Assembly: GCF_000737315.1 (NCBI RefSeq)
Contig: NZ_JMCB01000005.1
Span: 144,001-206,000, forward strand
Source: Hyalangium minutum
GTDB lineage: Bacteria > Myxococcota > Myxococcia > Myxococcales > Myxococcaceae
DNA: 62,000 nucleotides
Reading direction: 5' to 3'
The notes beneath the pieces are model-generated. The model saw nothing but the letters and a program-made list of their open reading frames with translations, was not told the DNA's origin and did not search any database. The position numbers were made by a program, and so were the translations under genes. Positions 18,203 to 28,889 of the stretch are shown in pieces; the first letter of the stretch is position 1, and each line of letters opens with the position of its first letter.

Positions 18203-20410
18203 ATGTCCCGCTACGCCTTTACGCTCTTTCTCAGCGCCTTCCTGCTCTTTGGGGTTCAGCCGCTGGTAGGCAAGTTCGCGCTGCCGTGGTTCGGTGGAAC
18301 TCCGGCGGTGTGGACGGCCTGCATGCTCTTCTTTCAGGCGGCACTGCTGGCGGGCTATGCGTACTCGCATGCGGTGGCTACGCGGCTGCGGCCCCGTTCC
18401 CAGGTGAAGGTGCACCTGGGGCTGCTGGGCCTCACGGCGCTGGTGCTCCTGGGGCGAGCGCTGTGGGCGGGTTCTCCGGTGGCGCCTGGGGCGGAGTGGC
18501 GGCCCACGGGAGTGGAGGGGCTCACCGGGCGGCTGCTGGCCATGCTGGCGGTGTCGATCGGCCTGCCATTCTTCGTGCTGTCCACCACGGCGCCCCTGCT
18601 GCAGAGCTGGTTCTCGCGGACGCGGCCGGGCGTCTCGCCGTACCGGCTCTATGCGCTGTCCAACGTGGGCTCGTTCCTGGCGTTGTTGAGCTACCCCTTC
18701 CTCGTGGAGCCCTATGTGCCGCGCGATGTGCAGGGCTGGGGCTGGGCAGCGGGGTTCGCGGTGTTCCTCGCGGGGGCCATCGTCTGTGCCCGGGAGGTGT
18801 GGACGCGGGCCGAGGCGGCCAGTCCGGTGGGAGCCACTTCCGAGCTCGTGCCCTCGCCCGAGGAGACGGAGCGGCCGGGGCTGGGACGCCAGTTGGCGTG
18901 GCTGGCGCTGAGTGCGTGCGCATCCGTGCTGCTGCTGGCGACGACGAACCAGCTCTCGCAGGATGTGGCGGCCGGCCCGTTCCTCTGGGTGATGCCGCTG
19001 GCGCTCTACCTGCTCACCTTTATCCTCACCTTCGAGCGCGAGGCGCTGTACCCGCGCGCGGCCTGCATTGTCCTGCTCATCATCAGTGTGGGGGGGGTTA
19101 TCCGCTCCATCTTCGAAGGCCCTCACTTTCCGCTGGCACTTCAGCTGTTTGCGCACGGTGGCGCGCTGCTGGCGGGATGCATGGTGTGCCACGGGGAGCT
19201 GTACCGGCTGCGGCCAGCGCCCCGTCACTTGAGCGCCTTCTACCTTTGGGTGTCGGTGGGCGGCGTGGCGGGGGGCGTCATCGTCAGCCTGCTGGCGCCG
19301 CGCTTCTTCGACACCTATGCGGAGTACCCACTGGCGCTGGCGGCCAGCGCGCTGGTGGCACTGGTGGTGTTGCTCCCGCGTCCGCCGGAGCTGCGGCGGC
19401 TGGAGCGAGTGGGGCGGAACCTGGCGGTGCTGGTGCTGGCGGCGGTAGTGGGAGGGCTGGTGGTGGCGGTAGCGGACAGCCGGCGCGAGGTGCGGCTGAC
19501 GGCGCGCAACTTCTTCGGGGTGGTGCAGGTGCTGGAGAGCGGGATGGGGGATGCGCGCCTGCACCATTATTCGCTCAAGCACGGCGTCATTACCCATGGG
19601 GTGCAATTCGTCGCACCGGAGCGCCGGAGGCTGGCCACCGCGTACTTCACGCCGGACAGCGGCCTGGGGCTGGCCATCGCCGAGCTCCGCCGCGTGCGCC
19701 AGGCCGAGGGCAAGCCGCCCGGGCTGCGCATCGGGGTGCTGGGGCTGGGAGTGGGCACCAGTGCCGCGCTCACGGAAGCGGGGGACACGGTTCGTTTCTA
19801 CGAGATCAACCCGAAGGTCATCGCCTTGGCGTGGGGGGAGGGTGGCTACTTCAGCTATCTCAAGGACACGCCTGCGAAGGTGGAGGTGGTGGAGGGCGAC
19901 GCGCGCATCTCGCTGGAGCAGGAGCTGGCGCGGGGAGAGGCGCAGTCCTTCGATTTGCTGGCGCTGGACGTGTTCAGCTCGGACTCGATTCCGATGCACC
20001 TGCTCACCGAGGAGGCGGTGGCGCTGTACCGTCAGCACCTGCTCCCTCAGGGAGTGCTGGCGCTGCACATCAGTAACGTGCATCTGGACCTGGTGCCGAT
20101 CGCGCTGGCGCACGCTCGGAAGTTCGGGATGCACGCCACGCTCATCGTCAACGAGACGAAGAGGGATGATGCGCTGCGGAGCCTGTGGATGATCCTCAGC
20201 CCAAGCCCGGAGTTTTCCTGGGGTTCCACTTTCACTCAGTCGAGCGGCACGGTTCACCGGCTGGAGCTGGCGGAGCCGACGCGGATCACCTGGACGGACG
20301 AGCTCAGCAGCGTACTCCCAGTGCTACGGCGCCCGCACAAGCTGGTGGAGACGCGGCTGATCGACAGCCCTCCGTCTGCTGCCTCCATGGGCCAGCCCGC
20401 CTCTCCCTGA
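18203..20410 (+). CDS. Multi-pass membrane protein fused to spermidine-synthase-like SAM-binding domain
   Basis: About 12 hydrophobic segments then LGLGVG, YEINP, GDAR, LDVFSSDSIPMHLLT. Confidence 0.8.
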   Translation: MSRYAFTLFLSAFLLFGVQPLVGKFALPWFGGTPAVWTACMLFFQAALLAGYAYSHAVATRLRPRSQVKVHLGLLGLTALVLLGRALWAGSPVAPGAEWRPTGVEGLTGRLLAMLAVSIGLPFFVLSTTAPLLQSWFSRTRPGVSPYRLYALSNVGSFLALLSYPFLVEPYVPRDVQGWGWAAGFAVFLAGAIVCAREVWTRAEAASPVGATSELVPSPEETERPGLGRQLAWLALSACASVLLLATTNQLSQDVAAGPFLWVMPLALYLLTFILTFEREALYPRAACIVLLIISVGGVIRSIFEGPHFPLALQLFAHGGALLAGCMVCHGELYRLRPAPRHLSAFYLWVSVGGVAGGVIVSLLAPRFFDTYAEYPLALAASALVALVVLLPRPPELRRLERVGRNLAVLVLAAVVGGLVVAVADSRREVRLTARNFFGVVQVLESGMGDARLHHYSLKHGVITHGVQFVAPERRRLATAYFTPDSGLGLAIAELRRVRQAEGKPPGLRIGVLGLGVGTSAALTEAGDTVRFYEINPKVIALAWGEGGYFSYLKDTPAKVEVVEGDARISLEQELARGEAQSFDLLALDVFSSDSIPMHLLTEEAVALYRQHLLPQGVLALHISNVHLDLVPIALAHARKFGMHATLIVNETKRDDALRSLWMILSPSPEFSWGSTFTQSSGTVHRLELAEPTRITWTDELSSVLPVLRRPHKLVETRLIDSPPSAASMGQPASP

Positions 20411-20491
20411 CACTTCAGTTTTCGACGGATGCGCCGGCCAGAGTGATCCAGGCAGGACTGAGCCCCGCCTCTGTGGGAAGCTGCCTGCACG

Positions 20492-22531
20492 ATGGTGGTC
20501 TCCCCCAAGCTTCGCGCGCGGCTCCGGGATGTGGTGCAGCAACTGCTGGTGGCGGTGCAACAGCTCCGGCTGCCAGGGCCCTCGGTGCTCCCCGTGGCCG
20601 GCGCGGTCGTCGGTGTCTACAGCGGCCTCGCCGCCGGCCTCTTCGCCAACCTCATCGGTCTCGTGCGCGGGGGGAGCTACGGCGTCCCGCTGCTCGTGGA
20701 TGCGTTCCGCACGGGCTCGGAGACCCAAGCCCGCCTCGCCGAGTCCCTCACCAACGCTCGCTGGCACTTCGAGTTCATCATCGTCGGCATCCCGCTGTCC
20801 CTCGGGGCCCTTGGCCTCGCGCGCCTCATCAAGCCCGGTGAAGGACGTGAGGAGGTGAAGCGTCGCCTCGAAGTCCTCGCCCTGCTCGTCATGGGCGCCC
20901 TGTCGCTCTATTACCCCCTCGTGGCCCTGTCCGCCGTGAACGAGGTGCTCGGCCACATTCACCGGGACGTGGAGCACATCTCTCCCTTCCTCGTGGTGCT
21001 CGTGCCCATGCTCGGCGGCATGGTGGTGGGCCGCCTGCTCCAGGCCCGGCCCGAGACCCACGGCCACGGCGTCCCCGAAGTCGTCAAAGCCGTGGAGAGC
21101 GAAGGCCGGCTCCCCGCGCGCAATGGCCTGCTCAAGCTCATCGCCTCGGCCGTCACCATCGGCACGGGCGGCTCGGCGGGGCGCGAAGGCCCCATCGTCT
21201 ACGGCGGCGCCGCGTTCGGCTCCGAAGTGGGCCGCACCCTCGGCTTCACCCGCCGCGAGCTCGCCATCCTCATGGCCAGTGGCGCGGGCGCGGGCATCGC
21301 CGCCTCCTTCAATGCCCCCGTGGCCGGCGCCATCTTCGCCATGGAGATCCTCCTGCGCGAGTTCCAGCTCCGCGTCTTCTCTCCCATCATCCTCGCCAGC
21401 GTCACCGCCACCATGGTGAGCCGCGGCATCATGGGCAGTGCGCCCATGCTCGAGCGCGTCGCGTACATGATGGTCAGTGGCTGGGAGGTCGTCTTCTACG
21501 CCCTGCTCGGGCTGGTGTGCGGAGGCCTCGCCTACGCCTTCATCCAGTGCCTGCACGGCGTGGAGGAGTTCTTCCAGGGCAAGCGCCCCGGCAAGGTGTC
21601 CGCCTGGCTCGGCCTGCAGCCCCTCCCGGTGCGAGCGGGAATCGGCGGCGCGCTGGTGGGGCTCATCGCGCTGGCCCACCCCGTGGTGTGGGGCACCGGC
21701 CACGAGTACGCCAACGACGCGCTCGTGCGTGGGCTGTCGCTGTCGCTGCTGGCCTCCGGGTGCGTGCTCAAGCTGGTGGGCACCTCGCTGACGCTGGGCT
21801 CGGGAGGCTCCGGCGGCACGTTCTTCCCCGTCACGGTCATTGGCGCCATGGCAGGGGGCGCCTTCGGAGAAATCCTCCACGCGGTGCTGCCGAACGCCAC
21901 CGCTCCCAGTGGCGCCTACGCCATGGTGGGCATGGGCGGCGCCGTGGCGGCCATGACGCGCGGGCCGCTCACCGGGATGATGATGGTGTACGAGCTGAGC
22001 GGTAACTACGCCATCATCCTGCCGCTCATGGTGACGTGCACGCTGGCCTCGGCGCTCTGCCACGTCCTCGTGGAGCGCAAGGCCGCGCGCGCCGGAGAGG
22101 AGCGGCTCGCCCTGCGGCGCACGCCGGTGCGAGAGCTCGCCATCTGGGAAGAGGCCGTGTCGTCGGAGCTCTCCGTGGAGGACCTGCGCGAGCGGTTGAT
22201 CTCGTCGAAGGCCGCGGCGCTTCCGGTTCGAGGCACGGACGGACGATTGCGAGGCGTCGTCGTCGCCGGTGCCCTGGGCGAGCGCTGGCGGCAGGCCGGA
22301 GAGGCCGCCACGGTGGAGTCCCTGCTGGACGGTGCCCCCGTGCTCCCTCAGGAGGCCCCCGTGTCCGAGGCCCTGGCCACCATGGATGCGCAGGGCGTGG
22401 AGGTGCTCGCGGTGGACGGCGGAGAGCAGGTGGGGGTCGTCACGCGCCTCGGGCTGGAGCGCTTCCTCCAGGCAGGCCACGGCAAAGCGCCCCCGCACGA
22501 GCTGCCGTTCGGCGTCACCGAGATGCGCTGA
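20492..22531 (+). CDS. ClC chloride channel/antiporter with C-terminal CBS-like domains
   Basis: GHGVP, GREGP, FNAPVAGAIFAMEI, GGTFFP motifs. Confidence 0.9.
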   Translation: MVVSPKLRARLRDVVQQLLVAVQQLRLPGPSVLPVAGAVVGVYSGLAAGLFANLIGLVRGGSYGVPLLVDAFRTGSETQARLAESLTNARWHFEFIIVGIPLSLGALGLARLIKPGEGREEVKRRLEVLALLVMGALSLYYPLVALSAVNEVLGHIHRDVEHISPFLVVLVPMLGGMVVGRLLQARPETHGHGVPEVVKAVESEGRLPARNGLLKLIASAVTIGTGGSAGREGPIVYGGAAFGSEVGRTLGFTRRELAILMASGAGAGIAASFNAPVAGAIFAMEILLREFQLRVFSPIILASVTATMVSRGIMGSAPMLERVAYMMVSGWEVVFYALLGLVCGGLAYAFIQCLHGVEEFFQGKRPGKVSAWLGLQPLPVRAGIGGALVGLIALAHPVVWGTGHEYANDALVRGLSLSLLASGCVLKLVGTSLTLGSGGSGGTFFPVTVIGAMAGGAFGEILHAVLPNATAPSGAYAMVGMGGAVAAMTRGPLTGMMMVYELSGNYAIILPLMVTCTLASALCHVLVERKAARAGEERLALRRTPVRELAIWEEAVSSELSVEDLRERLISSKAAALPVRGTDGRLRGVVVAGALGERWRQAGEAATVESLLDGAPVLPQEAPVSEALATMDAQGVEVLAVDGGEQVGVVTRLGLERFLQAGHGKAPPHELPFGVTEMR

Positions 22532-22537
22532 GCGGAG

Positions 22538-23305
22538 TCAGGCACCTGGCGTCATCGGCACGAACTCGCCGGCGGGGCTCACATCGAGCACCACCAGCAG
22601 CGCGAGGACACCGCAGGGCACGGCCATGGCGGCCGGGCCGAAGCGGAAGAACAGCAGCGGCCCCGCGGTGCACCCGAAGAGAAAGGCCGTTGCGAGCCCC
22701 AGGTGCAGCCGGGTGCGAGCGAACTGCTCGGCGGTGGGCAGCCGGCGGAGCATCCACACCAGCCCTCCGAGCCCATGGCCGCGCGCCCCATCCCGCACCC
22801 ACGTCATCATCTTCACCAACTGGATGCCGATGTCGGTGATGACGCCCGTCATGTGCGTGGTGCGCACCACCGCGCCGGACACGCGGGTGACGAGCGCGTT
22901 CTGAAGGCCCATGGCGTAGGCCATGCCCCAGAACACGGTGGGCTCTCGGGAGTCCGGGTGCCTCGAGGACCAGAAGCCCACGGAGGCCAGCGTGAGCGCC
23001 TCCACCAGGAGCGCCGTAGCATGCCGCCCTCGCCGCCGGTGACGCGCCAAGTCAATGAGCACCGTGGCGCTCATGGCCCCCAGCAGGAAGGCCAGCACGA
23101 GCTGGCCCGCGCCGATCGCCGTGCTCCACCGCCCGGTAGCGAGGTACTCGCCCACATTGGCCAGGTTGCCCGTCATGTGGGACGTGTGCGTGCCCACGGC
23201 GAAGAAGCTGATCGCATTCACCGAGCCCGCCACCCCCGCAAGTAGCAGAGCCAGCAGGGAGTAGGCGCGACGGCTCGCGGGCGAAGTTTCAGCGGAGAAG
23301 GGCAT
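22538..23305 (-). CDS. YoaK/DUF1275 family membrane protein
   Basis: AGSVNA, TSHMTGN, AMGLQNA, RTTHMTG motifs. Confidence 0.85.
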   Translation of the reverse strand: MPFSAETSPASRRAYSLLALLLAGVAGSVNAISFFAVGTHTSHMTGNLANVGEYLATGRWSTAIGAGQLVLAFLLGAMSATVLIDLARHRRRGRHATALLVEALTLASVGFWSSRHPDSREPTVFWGMAYAMGLQNALVTRVSGAVVRTTHMTGVITDIGIQLVKMMTWVRDGARGHGLGGLVWMLRRLPTAEQFARTRLHLGLATAFLFGCTAGPLLFFRFGPAAMAVPCGVLALLVVLDVSPAGEFVPMTPGA

Positions 23306-23509
23306 GGGAGGCAGTGTCTGGAAGCAGGCAGATGCTAACACCGCGATCTTCGGGGGTTCAGGGAGGTGTCCTCTCGGGTACCTGGCGGGTGGGCAGATAG
23401 GCGAGGTGTGGCTTCGCCGCCTTCTGGCAGGGAACCAGGGGCTTGGGGCTCCTTGTTGCTGGTCAAAATACTGAGCCTGGAGTGGAGTAGGCAGGCAGGA
23501 GGCAGGTGG

Positions 23510-24358
23510 ATGCGGAGGTTGGCGCAAGCATGGGTGTGGCTGGTGGTGGCGGCCGCCATGGGGCTTGCGCTGTATGGGCGTGCGTCTTCGCGTGCCGTGC
23601 CCCAGGTGGCGGTGAATGAGTCGCCCAGAGCCGAGTCCGCGAGCGACACACCAGGCGAGCTGACGTGGGGCTCGCCTGAAGAGCTGCGAACGCTGCCCGT
23701 GACCGAGGCCGCCAGCGAGGGGGACGGGCTGCTGGAGCTGCGTGTGATGGCGGGAGGCCGCCCGGTTCCTCGAGCCCAGGTGCGGCTGTACCGGCGCGAG
23801 GGCCTCAGCCGGGAGACAGGCAAGATGGACTGGCGGATCGCGGCCTCGGGCGCCACGGGGAATGACGGGAAGCTGTTGATGCCGGCGCGCGCGGGCTCCT
23901 ATCTCCTGGTGGCGCGGGCGAACGGCTTCGCGCCGGCCCGGCTCAACCTGATGCACCCGCTGGGAGGACCCCGGACGCCGGCGATCCTCCGCATGGAGGA
24001 GGCCAGCACCTTCTGGGGCACAACGGTGCTGCAGGGCTCGGGGAGGGCGCTGCCGGGCGCGGAGCTGACGTTCACGCCGGACGTGCGCCCCTGGGAGCAG
24101 GGCATGCACGCGGCCGCACCGGCCGAGGAGCGGGTGACGGTGACGAGCGACGCCTCAGGCCGCTTCCGCGTGGAGGGACTCGCGCCCGGGCTCTACCTGG
24201 TGGAGGGCCTGGCACCAGGGAGCACCACGCCGGTGGAGTGGACCCTCTGGCTGCCCTCGTCGGAGCCGCGGGTGCTGGCGCTGACCACGCCGGGCACGGC
24301 GGTGCGCAAGAGAATCGTCAAGCGGGCTCCCTCGTCGGAGCTCCGCTGCGGCGACTGA
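23510..24358 (+). CDS. Carboxypeptidase-regulatory-like (beta-sandwich) domain protein with N-terminal anchor
   Basis: N-terminal TM; GRPVPRAQV, YLLVARANGF, SDASGRFRVEGLAPGLY repeats. Confidence 0.65.
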   Translation: MRRLAQAWVWLVVAAAMGLALYGRASSRAVPQVAVNESPRAESASDTPGELTWGSPEELRTLPVTEAASEGDGLLELRVMAGGRPVPRAQVRLYRREGLSRETGKMDWRIAASGATGNDGKLLMPARAGSYLLVARANGFAPARLNLMHPLGGPRTPAILRMEEASTFWGTTVLQGSGRALPGAELTFTPDVRPWEQGMHAAAPAEERVTVTSDASGRFRVEGLAPGLYLVEGLAPGSTTPVEWTLWLPSSEPRVLALTTPGTAVRKRIVKRAPSSELRCGD

Positions 24359-24371
24359 AGCGGGTGGCTGC

Positions 24372-24716
24372 TTACCCCGGCGGCCACCCCATGGGCCGGC
24401 CCGCGATCAGGTGCAGGTGGATGTGGAACACCGTCTGGCCGGCGTCGTCGTTGCAGTTCATGACGAGCCGGTAGCCCTTCTCCGAGTGGCCGCGCGCCTT
24501 CGCCACCTGAGCCGCCGCCGTGTACAGGTGCCCCACCGCCTCACGGTCCTCCTGGGCGATGTCGTTCACCGTGGGGATGTGCTTGAGCGGAATGAAGACC
24601 ACGTGCGTAGGCGCCTGGGGATTGATGTCCTCGAACGCCATGCACACGTCGTCCCGGTGGACGACCCGGGCGGGGATCAGACCATCGCGAATCTTGCAGA
24701 AGAGGCAGTTGGACAT
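24372..24716 (-). CDS. HIT family nucleotide-binding protein
   Basis: CLFCKI, AFEDINPQAPTH, HIHLH. Confidence 0.92.
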   Translation of the reverse strand: MSNCLFCKIRDGLIPARVVHRDDVCMAFEDINPQAPTHVVFIPLKHIPTVNDIAQEDREAVGHLYTAAAQVAKARGHSEKGYRLVMNCNDDAGQTVFHIHLHLIAGRPMGWPPG

Positions 24717-24776
24717 GGCCTCGGCTTAGCAATCCCGGGCCCGGCTGGGAACGGTCTCGCGGGCCGAAGCGTTGGC

Positions 24777-26258
24777 CTACGGCAGCCGCCAGCTGTAGCC
24801 CGGGTCCGGCACACAGCCTGGGTTCGGCAGGCGCATCAGCCGGTAGTCCTGGTCCTGGGCCACCACCTCGCCCCCCACGCTCCACTGCGGCAGGGTGATG
24901 ACGTAGTTGAACAGGCCCGAGCCCCGGTCCGGGCCTATCTGCCAGTACAGCGGCACGAGGCGGTGGAAGTAGCTGTAGCCGCCCGTCCAAGCCATGTGCA
25001 CGGGGCTCTCCATCTTGAGCCCGCAGACGTCCTCGCGCTGGCCCGCCACGATCAGCAGCCGGTTGATGGGCCCCGAGTCGTCATACGCGCTGACCTGCGG
25101 GCGCTCGTTCACGTACTGGCCAATCTCCCCAAAGGTGAGTCGCCGCGAGAGCCCTGCCGAGACTGCCGCCACCGCCACCACCCCCAATGCTCCACCCACG
25201 CGCAGGGGCATCCTCCGGAGCCGTGACAGAACGACCTCCAGCCCCACGGCTGCGAGCGCGGCGAGCAGGGGCAGCAGCGGCACGAGGAAGCGCAGCTCCT
25301 TGTGTGGCTGGGAGGCGTGCAGCAGGAAGAAAGCGAGGATGAGCGCCGCGAGCCCTCGGGCGCGCCACAGCGCGAGCAGGCCGAGCACCCCCACCAGCGC
25401 GGAGATGCCGGGCATCGAGTTGCGCAGCGTCCGGGTGTAGTAGCTGAAGGGCGCCACGCCCCAGTGCTTGCCGCCCTCGTTGATGAGGTTGAACTCCAGG
25501 TACACGCGGGCCGAGTGGAACCAACTGCCCCACGTGAGCTTGTCCAGCAGCCCGAAGAGCCCCGCCCACACAGCGAGCACCCCGAGCGCGAGCCCCGCCG
25601 CCCGCCACTGCCTCCGAGCCGCGAGCAGGGCCACGAGCCCCGCGCAGAACACGGCGCTCTGCAGCCGCAGCAGCACGGCCAGCCCCAGCAGTGAGGCTCC
25701 CACCACCAGCGCCCGCCGCGATGCTCCCGGCGCCAGCGCCAACGCCAGCCCCAGCACCACCGGCAGGGCCGCGGCATTCTCGCTCATGGCCCGAGGCGCG
25801 AAGTACACGGGCACCGAGGCCCATGCCATCAACGAGGCCCCCGCGGTGGCGGCGAGCGGCCCGACCCCCTGAGAGCGGGCGAGCCGGTAGCTCCCCCAGG
25901 CGGTGGCGGTGCCCATCAGCGCGAAGGCCCCCTTCACCACGCCCAGGTAGCCGCTGGGCGAGTCCAGCCCCAGCCCCCTCGCCAGCCACATGAGCCCGGC
26001 CACCAGCCCAGGGAGCGCCCAGGTGCGCGCCCCCTCGATGAACTCCCAGGGCAGCATCCCGTAGCCGAAGACGAGCCGGTGAGCGGGCTCCAGGCTCTGG
26101 TAAATCTCATCCGGCCAGTACAGCCCGTCGTCCGTCAGGGCCAGCCACACCCGGAGTGTCGCACCCACAGCGAGCACCAAACCCAGGAGAACTCCCGCCA
26201 GACGGCGCTCGGAGGCAGGGGGCTCAGGGGTGGGCAGGGTGGGAGACACGTCGACCAA
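24777..26258 (-). CDS. GT-C mannosyltransferase, GT22 (Alg9/PIG-B)-like
   Basis: PDEIYQSLEPAHRLVFGYG..PWEF, HKELRFL, multiple TM segments. Confidence 0.75.
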   Translation of the reverse strand: MVDVSPTLPTPEPPASERRLAGVLLGLVLAVGATLRVWLALTDDGLYWPDEIYQSLEPAHRLVFGYGMLPWEFIEGARTWALPGLVAGLMWLARGLGLDSPSGYLGVVKGAFALMGTATAWGSYRLARSQGVGPLAATAGASLMAWASVPVYFAPRAMSENAAALPVVLGLALALAPGASRRALVVGASLLGLAVLLRLQSAVFCAGLVALLAARRQWRAAGLALGVLAVWAGLFGLLDKLTWGSWFHSARVYLEFNLINEGGKHWGVAPFSYYTRTLRNSMPGISALVGVLGLLALWRARGLAALILAFFLLHASQPHKELRFLVPLLPLLAALAAVGLEVVLSRLRRMPLRVGGALGVVAVAAVSAGLSRRLTFGEIGQYVNERPQVSAYDDSGPINRLLIVAGQREDVCGLKMESPVHMAWTGGYSYFHRLVPLYWQIGPDRGSGLFNYVITLPQWSVGGEVVAQDQDYRLMRLPNPGCVPDPGYSWRLP

Positions 26259-26299
26259 TCATCGCAAACCGGCCGCCGAGTGATATCCACTTCCTGACG

Positions 26300-27274
26300 A
26301 TGAGCACAACTCGCTCCATTCGCATCTCTGCCCTCCTCGAGGACCGGGACTACGACCTCCAGCTCACCCTGGTCGCTGGTGAGAAGGGGCTGACCCGGAC
26401 CCTCAACTCCCCGCGCATCCAGAAGCCCGGGCTGGCGCTGACCGGCTTCACCGAGCACTTGCACCCGCACCGGGTCCAGGTGTTCGGCAACACGGAGATC
26501 TCCTACCTGCGCACGCTCTCCGAGGAGAAGCAGCGCGAGGTGCTCACCCGCCTCTTCAAGGAGGACCTGGCCTGCGTGGTGGTCACCAAGAGCCTGGAAC
26601 TGCCACCGGTGCTCATCGAGACCTGCGAGGAGTCCAGCCTGGCGCTGATGAAGACGCCGCTGCTCTCCAGCACCTTCATCCAGCAGGTGCAGGCCTTCCT
26701 GGAGGAGGCGCTCACGGAGACCAGCAGCATCCACGGGGTGCTGATGGACGTGTTCGGCGTGGGCATCCTGCTGCTGGGCAAGAGCGGCATCGGTAAGAGC
26801 GAGATCGCCCTGGACCTGGTGATGCGCGGGCAGCGGCTGGTGGCCGACGACATCGTCGACGTGGCGCGCCGCAAGCCGGGCGCCGTCTACGGGGCGGGCA
26901 ACCCGGTCATCAAGCACCACATGGAAATCCGGGGCTTGGGCATCATCAACATCAAGGACTTGTTCGGCGTGTCGGCCGTGCGCGAGCAGAAGAAGATCGA
27001 GCTCGTGATGGAGCTGCAGGAGTGGGACCCCGACCAGGAATACGACCGGCTGGGGGTGGAAGATCGCTTCCTGGACATCATCGGGGTGCAAGTCCCCCTG
27101 TCGGTGGTGCCGGTTCGTCCAGGCCGTAACATGGCGACCATTGTCGAAGTGGCCGCGCGCAACCACTTGCTCAAACTTCAGGGCCACCATTCGGCGCGCG
27201 AGTTCGCGGAGAAGCTCAACCGTGCTATTGCCGAGGGAGCGATGCGTCGTACGTTGGGAGAAGAGGTCGAGTGA
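26300..27274 (+). CDS. hprK: HPr kinase/phosphorylase
   Basis: [31 protein letters not shown]. Confidence 0.95.
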   Translation: MSTTRSIRISALLEDRDYDLQLTLVAGEKGLTRTLNSPRIQKPGLALTGFTEHLHPHRVQVFGNTEISYLRTLSEEKQREVLTRLFKEDLACVVVTKSLELPPVLIETCEESSLALMKTPLLSSTFIQQVQAFLEEALTETSSIHGVLMDVFGVGILLLGKSGIGKSEIALDLVMRGQRLVADDIVDVARRKPGAVYGAGNPVIKHHMEIRGLGIINIKDLFGVSAVREQKKIELVMELQEWDPDQEYDRLGVEDRFLDIIGVQVPLSVVPVRPGRNMATIVEVAARNHLLKLQGHHSAREFAEKLNRAIAEGAMRRTLGEEVE

Positions 27275-28134
27275 GCGCGCCCGCCAAGCACATCGTCATC
27301 ATCACCGGCATGTCCGGCTCCGGTAAGTCCACGGCCATCCGTGCGCTGGAGGATGCTGGCTTCTTTTGCATCGACAACCTGCCCGTGTTGTTGCTGCCCA
27401 AACTGACGGAGCTGGCCGGCAGTGGGCAGATCGAGCGCATGGCGCTCGTCGTGGACGTGCGCGAGGGCATCTTCCTCAAGGAGGCCCCCCGCGTGCTGGA
27501 CGAGGTCCGCCGCGCCGGGCACCAGGTGGAAGTCTTGTTCCTGGACTCCAGCGACGACAGCCTCATCCGCCGCTTCAGCGAGACGCGCCGCCGCCACCCA
27601 CTGGCCCCCACGGGCACGGTGGCCGACGGCATCAAGGCCGAGCGCGAGGAGCTGCGCGACTTGCGCGAGCTGGCCGACCAGGTCATCGACTCGTCCGCGC
27701 TGAACGTGCACGACTTGAAGCGGATGGTGCAGGCGCGCTTCAGCCCGGAGCCGGCGGCGGGGCCCTCGCTGTCGGTGATGTCGTTCGGCTACCGGCACGG
27801 GGTGCCGCCGCAAGCGGACCTGGTGCTGGACGTGCGCTTCCTGCCCAACCCGTACTTCGTGCCCGAGCTGAAGGGGCTCACGGGGAAGAACCCCAAGGTG
27901 TCCGCGTACGTGCTGGACCGCGAGGAGACGCAGCAGTTCCTCTCCAAGGTGGTGGACCTGTGCCGCTTCCTGTTCCCTCGCTACCAGAAGGAGGGCAAGG
28001 CGTACCTCACGGTGGCGCTGGGCTGCACCGGCGGCAAGCACCGCTCGGTGGCCATCGCGGCCGAGCTGACGCGGCAGCTCCAGCCGGAGATTCCACGCAT
28101 CCAGCTCTGGGACCGCGACATCGAGAAGGAGTAG
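27271..28134 (+). CDS. rapZ: RNase adapter RapZ/YvcJ family P-loop protein
   Basis: [33 protein letters not shown]. Confidence 0.95.
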   Translation: MSAPAKHIVIITGMSGSGKSTAIRALEDAGFFCIDNLPVLLLPKLTELAGSGQIERMALVVDVREGIFLKEAPRVLDEVRRAGHQVEVLFLDSSDDSLIRRFSETRRRHPLAPTGTVADGIKAEREELRDLRELADQVIDSSALNVHDLKRMVQARFSPEPAAGPSLSVMSFGYRHGVPPQADLVLDVRFLPNPYFVPELKGLTGKNPKVSAYVLDREETQQFLSKVVDLCRFLFPRYQKEGKAYLTVALGCTGGKHRSVAIAAELTRQLQPEIPRIQLWDRDIEKE

Positions 28135-28137
28135 CGC

Positions 28138-28788
28138 TCAGCGCCGCCCCACCTCCCACCAGCCGAAGTACATGGTCCGCTGCTCCATGAGGTGCACCCA
28201 GCCGGGCGCGTGGGTGTAGCGGTAGGGCAGCAGCCCCGCGGTGGTGAGCGCCGAGGCCGTCTCCTCGAACGAGGGGAACGTTACCCACACCGCCGGCCCC
28301 GCCGTCTTCACCTGGCGCCGGTGGATCTCGTGCCCGTCCAGCCCCTGGCGGCGCTCCAGCACGGTGAAGAGCATCCGTCCCTCGGGCTTCAGCGCGCTCC
28401 CGAAGTGGTGCAGCACCTGCCGCAGGTCATCGCAGAAGTCCAGGCAGCCCACCGCCAGCACCACGTCGAAGTGCCCCAGCTCCGAGGGGATGGGCTGGTG
28501 GTAGCTGTGCTCCTGCCACGTGCCCGAGGGGCGCCCCTTGCGCGCCAACTCGATCATCTCCGGCGCCAGGTCCAGCCCCACCACCTCCACGGACGCGTCC
28601 AACCCCCGGGTCAGCAGGCCCGTGCCGCAGCCCACGTCCAACACCCGGCAGCCCGGCTTCACCGCCTCCGCCAGGAAGCGCTCCACCCGGTCCTCGTAGC
28701 GGTGCAGCGACGGGAAGAGCACCTCGTACGCGAGAGCAATCTCTCCATATACCTGCCGGACGTGGTTCTCGTTGCTCTCAGAGGCCAT
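28138..28788 (-). CDS. Class I SAM-dependent methyltransferase
   Basis: VLDVGCGTG, GLDLAPEM, FDVVLA. Confidence 0.85.
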   Translation of the reverse strand: MASESNENHVRQVYGEIALAYEVLFPSLHRYEDRVERFLAEAVKPGCRVLDVGCGTGLLTRGLDASVEVVGLDLAPEMIELARKGRPSGTWQEHSYHQPIPSELGHFDVVLAVGCLDFCDDLRQVLHHFGSALKPEGRMLFTVLERRQGLDGHEIHRRQVKTAGPAVWVTFPSFEETASALTTAGLLPYRYTHAPGWVHLMEQRTMYFGWWEVGRR

Positions 28789-28860
28789 GGCGGCCCGCAC
28801 CTTAGTGCGGATGAATTCCCTGGGAAGAGGGGGAGAACTCGCACTTCCTGATTCCCTTGA

Positions 28861-28889
28861 TTGCCTCCGTCCACACTACGCACTAAGTT
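28861..28889 (+). promoter_or_regulatory. Putative sigma70-type promoter for the MCP gene
   Basis: TTGCCT-N17-TAAGTT. Confidence 0.4.

Noticed and set aside
20411-20491. Fluoride riboswitch upstream of the ClC gene
   Set aside because: No crcB-motif consensus; the protein has GREGP/GHGVP rather than the GREGT/GNNLI motifs of fluoride-type ClC
28801-28887. 9-bp inverted repeat CTTAGTGCG / CGCACTAAG as an element end or operator
   Set aside because: Better explained by similar -10 contexts of two divergent promoters; no mobile-element gene or target duplication
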